From Oculatellaceae cyanobacterium bins.114 (GTDB lineage Bacteria; Cyanobacteriota; Cyanobacteriia; Elainellales; Elainellaceae), in the NCBI GenBank assembly GCA_033764315.1, contig JANRJA010000056.1, forward strand, positions 1 to 64,000: a stretch of 64,000 nt of DNA. The letters are read 5' to 3'. The notes under the pieces were generated by a model that was given only the letters and a program-made list of their open reading frames with translations, did not search any database and was not told the DNA's origin. The stretch's first letter is position 1. Each line of letters starts with the position of its first letter. Positions 1 to 8,294 of this stretch are shown piece after piece. Position numbers and translations under genes: made by a program.

Positions 1-190
1 ATCGTGTCAAATAATCCCCGTTTTTTCAACGGTTCTGGCTCTCTTGGGTGATTTAGATGTCCTTACAATACCGACATTTCAGAAGATTGAACAGCTCTTC
101 GCCATAATGAGAATTGCTGTGATTCGGCGCGATTAGCTCCGCAACAGCCGAAGGCACCGCCTGCCTGTTCAACATGCCCTAGTTCAAGGG

Positions 191-442
191 GCACCTGACT
201 GGATGATAGAAATTCTCTCGGTTGATCAAAGCACCACCAAGTTGATTGCCAAGATCCAGAGTTGTCTCTTAGAGGGAACTCAACTGGGTTGGTTGATTGA
301 CCCAGAAGAACAACTCGTTATGATATTCCGCCAGGATTTGCACTTGGAATTGCTGAGTGATGAATCAGTTTTGCCTGTGCTACCAGAAATTTCCTTAAAT
401 CTCACTGTTCAGCACGTTTTTGATTGGTTAAAACGAAGCTGA
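191..442 (+). pseudogene. Uma2-family (DUF820) endonuclease-like protein, C-terminal fragment
   Basis: In-frame APDWMIEILS...KIQSCL..G..LGWLIDP motif typical of Uma2 proteins. An in-frame TAG at 134-136 leaves no room for the N-terminal half. Confidence 0.7.
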
Positions 443-502
443 TTTGTTTCCCTTAAGGCGATCGCGGGCACCTTAAAGAAGTAAAAAGCGGTTAAGGGTG
501 CC

Positions 503-2029
503 ATGCTTGCTAGAGTTTGGAGTGCGTCCCTAGTTGGGATTGATGCCATTAAAGTTGGGGTGGAAGTCGATGTAGCAGGCGGATTGCCGGGAATTGTCGT
601 CGTAGGATTGCCTGACACCGCCGTTCAAGAATCGAGAGAAAGAGTCAAAGCGGCACTCAAGAATGCAGGTTATGCCGTTCCGATGCGAAAGATCGTCATT
701 AATCTGACTCCAGCAGACCTGCGAAAGGAGGGACCCAGTTTCGATTTGCCTATCAGCATTGGCATTTTAGCCGCCACCGAACAGGTTAATTCCCAAGGAT
801 TAGAGGATTACCTGTTCTTAGGCGAGGTGTCATTGGATGGGGCATTACGCCCTGTCACCGGAGTATTGGCGATCGCGGCTGCCGCTCAGCGGATGGGGGT
901 CAAAGGATTGGTCGTTCCCGCTGATAATGCCCGTGAAGCAGCGGTCGTTAAAGAGTTAGAGGTCTATGGCTTTCAGCACCTCTCAGAAACGGCTGATTTT
1001 TTAAATCACCCAGAGCGATATCAGCCATTGCAGCTGGATGGAATACAAGAGCTAGTGCGATCGCAGTTTCAAGGGCTTGATCTAAAAGATGTCAAAGGAC
1101 AGGCTCATGCTCGACGGGCACTCGAAATTGCCGCAGCCGGAGGTCATAATCTGATTTTTGTGGGTCCACCAGGAAGTGGCAAAACCATGCTGGCTCGACG
1201 GTTGCCGTCCATATTGCCCCCGCTCAACTTTGAAGAAGCACTAGAAGTCACTCAAATTCATTCGGTTGCTGGATTGCTACGAAACAAAGGAGCACTGGTA
1301 GGCGATCGCCCCTTTCGCAGTCCCCACCACTCCGCATCGGGGCCATCGCTGGTGGGGGGAGGCAGCTTTCCACGTCCGGGTGAGATCTCGCTGGCACACA
1401 GAGGAATTCTCTTCCTTGACGAATTAACTGAGTTCAAACGGGATGTTCTCGAATTTCTGCGGCAACCCCTCGAAGACGGTTATGTAACGATCGCCCGAAC
1501 TCGGCAATCTGTCATGTTTCCAGCCCAATTTACTCTGGTCGCCAGTACCAATCCCTGTCCCTGTGGATATTTTGGCGATACGATTCAGCCCTGCACTTGC
1601 AAACCACGCAACCGGGAGCAATATTGGGCGCGGTTGTCAGGCCCCCTGATGGATCGGATTGATCTGCAAGTAGCAGTAAATCGACTAAAACCCGAAGAAA
1701 TGACCCAGCAAGCGATGGGAGAAGCCTCAAATTTTGTGCGAGACCGAGTTCAGCAAGCCCGCGATCGCGCCCGTACTCGCTTTCAAAACGAGACACTGCG
1801 GTGTAACGCTGAGATGCAAAGTCGCCATCTGCGGCGGTGGTGTCAGTTGAGTGATGCCACTCGTACCCTGTTAGAATCTGCCATTCGCAAATTAGGGCTG
1901 TCTGCCAGAGCCACCGATCGCATCCTCAAAGTCGCCCGCACGATCGCTGACTTAGCCGGGGACGACGATCTACAAACCCATCATGTGGCAGAGGCGATTC
2001 AATATCGCACGATCGATCGAATGCAATAA
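503..2029 (+). CDS. comM: YifB/ComM family Mg-chelatase-like AAA+ ATPase
   Basis: Lon-like N-terminus (VGLPDTAVQESRERV), Walker A GPPGSGKT, PFRSPHH, Walker B LFLDE, NPCPCG, C-terminal SARATDRILKVARTIADL. Confidence 0.95.
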   Translation: MLARVWSASLVGIDAIKVGVEVDVAGGLPGIVVVGLPDTAVQESRERVKAALKNAGYAVPMRKIVINLTPADLRKEGPSFDLPISIGILAATEQVNSQGLEDYLFLGEVSLDGALRPVTGVLAIAAAAQRMGVKGLVVPADNAREAAVVKELEVYGFQHLSETADFLNHPERYQPLQLDGIQELVRSQFQGLDLKDVKGQAHARRALEIAAAGGHNLIFVGPPGSGKTMLARRLPSILPPLNFEEALEVTQIHSVAGLLRNKGALVGDRPFRSPHHSASGPSLVGGGSFPRPGEISLAHRGILFLDELTEFKRDVLEFLRQPLEDGYVTIARTRQSVMFPAQFTLVASTNPCPCGYFGDTIQPCTCKPRNREQYWARLSGPLMDRIDLQVAVNRLKPEEMTQQAMGEASNFVRDRVQQARDRARTRFQNETLRCNAEMQSRHLRRWCQLSDATRTLLESAIRKLGLSARATDRILKVARTIADLAGDDDLQTHHVAEAIQYRTIDRMQ

Positions 2030-2084
2030 AAAGAAAAAAGAGAGAAAAAAGAAGAGGGAGGAAGAAACGACACACAATCGAGTC

Positions 2085-2233
2085 ATACCGAATTAAATTG
2101 AGATTGTTGCAGATACCTGTGGGAATAGGTTTGAGCTTAAAAACTCTGGTAAGACCCATGAGCCACCTGTAAAACCCATGATTTGCCTCCCCGTTCTCCC
2201 GTATCTGTGTTGAGACCTCTATTAAATTGGGAT
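2085..2233. repeat. Shell-type miniature inverted-repeat element, copy A
   Basis: Ends ATACCGAATT...AATTGGGAT with an inner stem CAGATAC(2110)/GTATCTG(2201). The left end is nearly identical to that of the copy at 50117. Confidence 0.6.
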
Positions 2234-2236
2234 GGA

Positions 2237-3172
2237 ATGGTTAATAGTAAAGCAGTTCCACAAGCCAGCAAGCCCGTCTATTTACCATTTAGTACGGGGA
2301 AATGGCAGTTAAAACCGGGACTTAAACCGCTGCGGTTGGAGGACTGGATTCAAATCGACGAAGAATATTTGCCCTATTTGCAGCGCAAAGCAGAATTGCG
2401 GGCAGAACGCTGCAACGACGTGTTTGCTAGTCTTCCAGGAACAGAGTCAGCCCAACAAGAGATATTGGATGTGTTGGTTGAGCACCTGCTGCGATATTTT
2501 CCAAACCAGTTTGAGCGATCGCCCACATCCATCACCAACCATCTGACTCAGGAAACCTGGCAATTTGCCGACTTTGCTACCACACCCCTTGATCTGGCAG
2601 GGCGATTAGTCCAAGAGGATTTATGTCTGATGATGCCAAACGAGAATGGCTACATCCTGGGAGCCGCATCGCTGAGTTTTCCGTCTTACTGGCGGTTGCA
2701 CGACAAACTAGGACGGGCGATCGCCCCAATTCACGATCCAGTTCCAGGCTATGCTCAAAAACTTCAGCATCCAGTCAACACCTACTTCGATCGCCTCCAA
2801 CCCGACAACCCAGGCTATCGGCTCAATTGGAGCATCAATGACACTCCAGAATTATTTTTAGGACACGCTCACGCTCAGCGCATTGATCAACCTGATATCA
2901 CCGCTGAGAATGCAGGTGACAAACTGTGGATACGGATTGAACGGCAAACCCTGCGACGCCTTCCTAAAACCCAGGTGATCTTGTTCACTATTCGCATCTA
3001 TACCTATCCACTCTCTCTGCTAGAGCAACATCCCATTGCTGCGGCTGGACTCCATTCCATGCTCCATCAAATCCCAGATGACATGCAACGTTATAAAAGT
3101 CTGATTCCCATTCGATCAGCCTTGCAAGAATATCTGGCAATCAAGGTAAAAGAACAGGAGAGCCGCAATTAA
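2237..3172 (+). CDS. DUF3445 / heme-dependent oxidative N-demethylase alpha-subunit-like protein
   Basis: Motifs VQEDLCLM, FPSYW.L.DKLG...IH.PVP, R.NWSI, ERQTLRRLP...ILFTIR. ATG at 2237 preferred because the upstream ORF extension lies inside a repeat element. Confidence 0.85.
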   Translation: MVNSKAVPQASKPVYLPFSTGKWQLKPGLKPLRLEDWIQIDEEYLPYLQRKAELRAERCNDVFASLPGTESAQQEILDVLVEHLLRYFPNQFERSPTSITNHLTQETWQFADFATTPLDLAGRLVQEDLCLMMPNENGYILGAASLSFPSYWRLHDKLGRAIAPIHDPVPGYAQKLQHPVNTYFDRLQPDNPGYRLNWSINDTPELFLGHAHAQRIDQPDITAENAGDKLWIRIERQTLRRLPKTQVILFTIRIYTYPLSLLEQHPIAAAGLHSMLHQIPDDMQRYKSLIPIRSALQEYLAIKVKEQESRN

Positions 3173-4605
3173 TTGCGTCTGTACGGTGGAGGAGTGCTGA
3201 GTGCCTCATATCGTTTCCAGGCCGCATCCAAATGGGGATCTAGAGAATTTGGAGTGATTAGCGTTGAGGGGAGGCATACGGCTGGAAGCTCATCGACACT
3301 GGAATAGATTCCAACGCCCAGACCTGCCAACAGAGCGGCACCCAGAGCAGACGCAGCGGGAATATCCACCGGACGTAGAGAAGTTTGTAACACATCTGCT
3401 AACAGCTGTCGCCACAAGGGTTCTACAGTGCCACCTCCCGCTAGTCGGATGGTGGAAGGATGTAAAGGCATCACGTCCAAACCCTGTCGAATCGAGAAAG
3501 CGACTCCCTCCAGAGCGGCTCGCATCAGATGGACTCTGGTGTGGTGCAGCCCTAACCCAATCCAGGCTCCACGGGCATTTGGATCAAGATGAGGGGTGCG
3601 ATCGCCCGTGAGATAGGGCAAAAACGTCAGTCCCTCGCATCCCGGTGAGATGGCAAATGCCTGATCATAGACCTCTGCCCAACTCAATCCTAAAATTTGC
3701 CGCACCCATTCCAGGGCTAACCCAGCATTTTGAATAGCTGCCAGGGCATACCACTGGTTTGGCAGGGCTGACCGAAACAAGTGGGTGCGTCGATGAGAGT
3801 CAGGCTGGGGCTGAGTTTGGAGGGTGATTAATTGAGCACCCGATCCGACTGTCAGTTGCATCACGCCCGGAGCAAGCAAGCCACTTCCCAAAGCAGCAGC
3901 GGCAGTGTCAGCGGCTCCAGCAATAATGGGGATGTCACTAGGCAAGCCTAAATGGTCAGCTGCATCAGGGATAAGGTTTCCAGCAATCGCCCGAGAGGGA
4001 ATCACCTCTGGCAACCAATCCGATCGCAGGTGCAATGCCTCCATTACCGCCCACGCCCACTCATCTGCAATCACGTCATAAAGCAACGTTCCAGAGGCAT
4101 CTGAGGGTTCTGTGGCGATCGCCCCTGTCATCTGAAACCGCAACCAGTCTTTAGGTTGCAATGCCCATCGTGCCGTTCGATAAACGTCAGGTTCATCATG
4201 TCGTAGCCAGAGCAATGAGCAGCCTGCCATTCCCGTCGCGATCGGATTAGCTAATGGCTGCTGCAACTCTGATGTCAGAGCGTGATAGTTGTGCAACACC
4301 TCACTGGAACGGGTATCTGCCCACAAAATCGCTGGACGCAACGGATTTCCCGATGCATCCGTAAGCACGACCCCATGCATTTGCCCCGATAACCCGATCG
4401 CCTGAACCGAGTCAGCAAAGTTGTGTGTAACGGCGCGAACTGCGATCGCCACTGCATCCCACCAATGTGCTGGATCTGACTCTGCCCAACCGGGTTGCGG
4501 CGCATGAACTGGATAGGGATGGCTTGCCTCGGCAACCATTTGACCTTTTGTGTCAAGGGCGATCGCTTTAACCGAGCTGGTTCCTAAGTCAATTCCAACT
4601 AACAC
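3169..4605 (-). CDS. xylB: Xylulokinase (FGGY carbohydrate kinase)
   Basis: GIDLGTSSVK, GLSGQMHG, ILWAD.R, SDASGT, FLPYLTGDRTP, RAALEGVAF. Confidence 0.9.
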   Translation of the reverse strand: MLVGIDLGTSSVKAIALDTKGQMVAEASHPYPVHAPQPGWAESDPAHWWDAVAIAVRAVTHNFADSVQAIGLSGQMHGVVLTDASGNPLRPAILWADTRSSEVLHNYHALTSELQQPLANPIATGMAGCSLLWLRHDEPDVYRTARWALQPKDWLRFQMTGAIATEPSDASGTLLYDVIADEWAWAVMEALHLRSDWLPEVIPSRAIAGNLIPDAADHLGLPSDIPIIAGAADTAAAALGSGLLAPGVMQLTVGSGAQLITLQTQPQPDSHRRTHLFRSALPNQWYALAAIQNAGLALEWVRQILGLSWAEVYDQAFAISPGCEGLTFLPYLTGDRTPHLDPNARGAWIGLGLHHTRVHLMRAALEGVAFSIRQGLDVMPLHPSTIRLAGGGTVEPLWRQLLADVLQTSLRPVDIPAASALGAALLAGLGVGIYSSVDELPAVCLPSTLITPNSLDPHLDAAWKRYEALSTPPPYRRN

Positions 4606-4675
4606 ATCTGCGTCCTTAGCTCAGACTGACTCTGTTATTCTCCTCGGCGTGAAGCGTTTATTCCAACAGTCTGTC

Positions 4676-4966
4676 TTACCGATAATGGCGGTTATCCAGC
4701 CATTCCAACACTTCTGACTCAGAAGAAAACCAGGCAGCACCCCCAGTCATCGGATCATACACATACCACCATTGACCTGATGCATCAGAGGTTTGATAAA
4801 CCTGAGGCTCAGACCCTAAAGCAAAAAATGAAACCAATGTCTCCCACCCCATTTGAAGCGTTGATATTAGCCGCAAAATGTGAAATTGCATCTGGGGTTG
4901 TGGATTGGTAATCAGTTCTAATCTCTCGTAATTTAGTTGCTGCTCATAGGTTCTCACTTGAGCCAC
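4676..4966 (-). CDS. Small cyanobacterial hypothetical protein, paralog of 23551-23835
   Basis: SEPQVYQTSD..G..WYVYDP.TG...FSSESEV.EWLD.R motif shared with the ORF at 23551; purine-rich GAGGAG next to the GTG start. Confidence 0.75.
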   Translation of the reverse strand: MAQVRTYEQQLNYERLELITNPQPQMQFHILRLISTLQMGWETLVSFFALGSEPQVYQTSDASGQWWYVYDPMTGGAAWFSSESEVLEWLDNRHYR

Positions 4967-5086
4967 CTCCTCTCTCGCTAATCAAGGTTTGCCTTCCTCT
5001 ACTTGGAGTCACCGCACTCCTTCTAGCTTATGAGAGAGACTCTTCACACCACCTCACCTATTAGAGTCATCCAATCAGGTGGTTTT

Positions 5087-5100
5087 GTAGCTTTTGTTAC
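5087..5100. promoter_or_regulatory. Putative NtcA box (GTA-N8-TAC)
   Basis: GTAGCTTTTGTTAC (minus strand GTAACAAAAGCTAC) with T-rich flanks, in the divergent intergenic region between the 4966 and 5411 genes. Confidence 0.55.
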
Positions 5101-5410
5101 TTTTTCCGGATCACTGACTTAACGCAAGTGGGCAATGTCCTTTTTCAGAAGTTCTATCTTTGCCCCGTTTTCAGTCATTAGAGTTAGTTTGATCCAGATA
5201 GATGCGATCGCCACCCCCAAGATGGGCACTCTAAAGTCAGCGCATCATTTTGGACACCTCCCGGTAGTTTCTACCGGGTTTTTTTCTTCAAAAAAATCAA
5301 TTCTTAGAATTGCCAGATATCCCATCCTGATTCCTACTGGTTATCTTGAATACCTTGATTAGAGGGAAACCTTTCTTGGACTCACGCTTGACCAAAGCAA
5401 CACAAACCCT

Positions 5411-6199
5411 ATGGCGAATCAGGAGTACCTCGCTCTCTTAGAACGAGGGGTAGAGGATTGGAATGAATGGCGGCAGATGCAATCTGTTAAACCAGACTTG
5501 AGTGGTGCCAACCTCAGCAAAATAGATTTAGAGCTAATTGATTTCACCCGAACCGATCTCAACGGGGCAAATTTAAGTCAAGCATCTCTCAGAGGGGCTT
5601 ATCTGCGCGATGCTGACCTCAGTAATACCTTGTTATTAGAAATCGACTTACAAGATGCTGACCTGAGAAACGCCTTACTCTACAATGCCGATCTAACCAA
5701 AGCAAAACTCATTCGGGCTCAACTCTTAAATGCCAATTTGACCGGAGCCATCTTAAGAGATGCCAACTTGTGCGATGCAAACCTGAGTTGGGCTGACTTA
5801 ACAAACGTTGACCTTCGAGGAGCAAATCTGACCGGGGTTGATTTCAGTCGAGCCAAACTGCAAGCCGCTAACTTTAATTTGGTCGATCTGTGTGCCACTA
5901 ATTTAATCGAAGCCGACTTTAGACAGGCCAATCTGGTTGGAGTTGACTTTAGTGGAGCCAATTTGAGTCGAGCTAACTTGAGTGGAGCCGACCTGCGAGA
6001 GGCCTATCTATTTGATGTCAAACTTGCAGGAGCCGACTTAACGGGCTGCAATCTCAAGGGAGCCTGCCTTCATGCAATTGACCTACGCGAGGTCAAACTA
6101 GAAGGGGCTAATCTCAGTGGCACCGATTTAGAAGGCGCAATTTTGCCTGTTAATAAACGAGCCGTAGGCAACCAAGACGACATTACCTTGGGCTATTAG
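5411..6199 (+). CDS. Pentapeptide repeat protein
   Basis: MANQEYLALLERGVEDWNEWR N-cap followed by continuous A(D/N)Lxx repeats. Confidence 0.95.
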   Translation: MANQEYLALLERGVEDWNEWRQMQSVKPDLSGANLSKIDLELIDFTRTDLNGANLSQASLRGAYLRDADLSNTLLLEIDLQDADLRNALLYNADLTKAKLIRAQLLNANLTGAILRDANLCDANLSWADLTNVDLRGANLTGVDFSRAKLQAANFNLVDLCATNLIEADFRQANLVGVDFSGANLSRANLSGADLREAYLFDVKLAGADLTGCNLKGACLHAIDLREVKLEGANLSGTDLEGAILPVNKRAVGNQDDITLGY

Positions 6200-7821
6200 C
6201 CTGAATGCTCTGTAACCTGGTTGCTCTGTCCAGCCCAGATCTCAAATGAGTCAAGTTCACGGTTAATCCATTGGTGCTCAAACCAATCTGAAATGAACGG
6301 GCGAACCACAAACTTAGGAGGACGCCCCTCTTTTACATCAATCCGAATAAATGAATAAGGGCGATGTTTTTGAGAACCGCTGCCTTTGCGTCCTACATAG
6401 AGCATAGATTTTGCAACCGGGCGTTCTGACGCTGTTTCCTCCATCAAATTGTCACCATTGCCCATGAACTCGGTTAATTCGGGGCCTTCTTCCCGTTGTC
6501 GCCGCAAACTATAGCCACTGCCACCACAGATAACCCAATCAGTATGAGCATCGGCATGTCCGGTGTCTAGCGTGCGTAGATGTTCTAAGCAGTGCGCGTG
6601 TCCATTTAAGACTAAATCAACAATGGAACGCCCCTCAGCCAAAGACCCGATCGCCTTAGCCACATCATCCAACACGCGCCGTAACCGTCGCCGCACTGCC
6701 AACGTTTGAGATTGATGCCACTTAGTTGCTTCAGTGACATAGGGAGGATGGTGAAAATAAATCACCCGTCCACGCGCCTCTGGATCATGCCACGACTCAA
6801 TCAGGCCCCGTTCTAGCCAATTTAACTGCTCGCTATCTATCACCGTCATTTCATTAGAGGCCAACTGTTTAAGAATGTCTCGTTGCACCTCATCTAACTG
6901 TTGCAGCTTGGCTTGCAGGTCATCGATCTGTTGTGACTCTTCAGACAGATCAGGGTTTAATTGGGCTGAGGCTTCAGTCACCTCTATTTTGTCTCGCTCA
7001 ATTTTCTCAAGTTGCTGTTCGAGGATGCGCCGATAGGTATCTCCTTCTTGGCTATTGGGCAAGGGAGAGGGGGCATTAAAGGTATTGGAGTCAAGTGCAA
7101 AAAAATCAATGCCTCCCATCCGAAAAGTGTAGTAGCGATTGGGCAGGCGAGTGAACTGACCAGGTTGATAGCGAAGACAAAGCCCAGTCTTAGTTTTGGC
7201 CGTATAGTGTTGGTTGAGATGGGGTTCTAAAGTACCGGGCAAACAGTCTTTTAAGCAATCTAAAAAGGCACGGGCATAGGCTTTGCCCTGATAAGAACCG
7301 TGCCACCCAACATCTAAATCAATATGAGATTGCAGGAGTTGGCGGATAGGCGACATGATTTGGGCTGCCAACCCATAAAACAGAGCCAGGTCATAGTAGT
7401 CATGATTGCCTGGGACAGGCAGAATGGGGAATGTAAAAACCATCTGGTCGTAAGCGATCGCCTTTGACGTTTCACCCCCTAGCAAAAACTCTCGATAGGG
7501 TTCAATAAAATTTTTAGGATAAAACTCGCTGGAACCGACCAGATAAATCACATCCCCTGTGTGCAAGACAAAGCGACACTCATCCCGGTGTTTGAGCATC
7601 TGTTCAGCAATTTGGCGTTGAGGGTTGTGCCCCCGATGTGGTCCAGATCCACTATCCCCAATTACCATAAACGAAAACTCTGGGCTATCCGGTTTTCCAT
7701 CGTCAACCACAAGACGGGTCTGGTCAATTCCCCGACCTACAATAGCCGGATCACGCCAGCGTACCCGTTCTGCCATTTTGCGAATCTTGGTCTCAATTCG
7801 TGGTTCAGAGATAAATCCCAT
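6196..7821 (-). CDS. Calcineurin-like metallophosphoesterase with coiled-coil insertion
   Basis: IGDSG, HTGDVIY, PGNHDYY, FHHPPY and NGHAH motifs. Confidence 0.9.
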   Translation of the reverse strand: MGFISEPRIETKIRKMAERVRWRDPAIVGRGIDQTRLVVDDGKPDSPEFSFMVIGDSGSGPHRGHNPQRQIAEQMLKHRDECRFVLHTGDVIYLVGSSEFYPKNFIEPYREFLLGGETSKAIAYDQMVFTFPILPVPGNHDYYDLALFYGLAAQIMSPIRQLLQSHIDLDVGWHGSYQGKAYARAFLDCLKDCLPGTLEPHLNQHYTAKTKTGLCLRYQPGQFTRLPNRYYTFRMGGIDFFALDSNTFNAPSPLPNSQEGDTYRRILEQQLEKIERDKIEVTEASAQLNPDLSEESQQIDDLQAKLQQLDEVQRDILKQLASNEMTVIDSEQLNWLERGLIESWHDPEARGRVIYFHHPPYVTEATKWHQSQTLAVRRRLRRVLDDVAKAIGSLAEGRSIVDLVLNGHAHCLEHLRTLDTGHADAHTDWVICGGSGYSLRRQREEGPELTEFMGNGDNLMEETASERPVAKSMLYVGRKGSGSQKHRPYSFIRIDVKEGRPPKFVVRPFISDWFEHQWINRELDSFEIWAGQSNQVTEHSG

Positions 7822-8294
7822 AGGTTTTCAAATGCTTTACTACATTGGGGGCGAAGTAGATGGGAGCTTAAGCCAGCGTAAGGTCGAATATATTAGAACT
7901 GGCTACGTTATTTATAACTGTGCTGAGTATCTACTAGATTTTGAGAATCTGCATCTACCGTTGAGTAATGACTATAAACCACTGACTCAACCCCTCAGTG
8001 ACTTGACCTATAAGCTGTTAGCAGCTCAAGTTAGCTTAGTATCAAACGCCACAATCAGGGGCTTGGGAAGCCTTTAATGTGAAGTGAGATGGAACTTAAT
8101 TAGAATCAGGCTCGATCTACCAAATTAGGGGTAATTATCTGGCGCGATCGCAACTGTGGGTGGTCTACTGTGGGTGGTCTTAATAGCGAGAGTTAGAAGT
8201 TACTGCGCTTTGAATGTAACCCATGCCATGACTCGTTGTTAAATCAAAATTTAGGGATTGATGGACGAACCTGCTTTTAATTATTGTCGTTGTC

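Noticed and set aside
503..2029. comM as an integration hotspot for a mobile element
   Set aside because: The gene is full length and uninterrupted; no integrase or duplicated comM fragment is nearby.
5135..5362. 75-aa ORF upstream of the pentapeptide gene
   Set aside because: No recognisable motif or RBS; composition resembles promoter DNA.
8153..8180. Exact 14-bp tandem duplication ACTGTGGGTGGTCT x2
   Set aside because: Only two units with no spacer; most simply a replication-slippage duplication.
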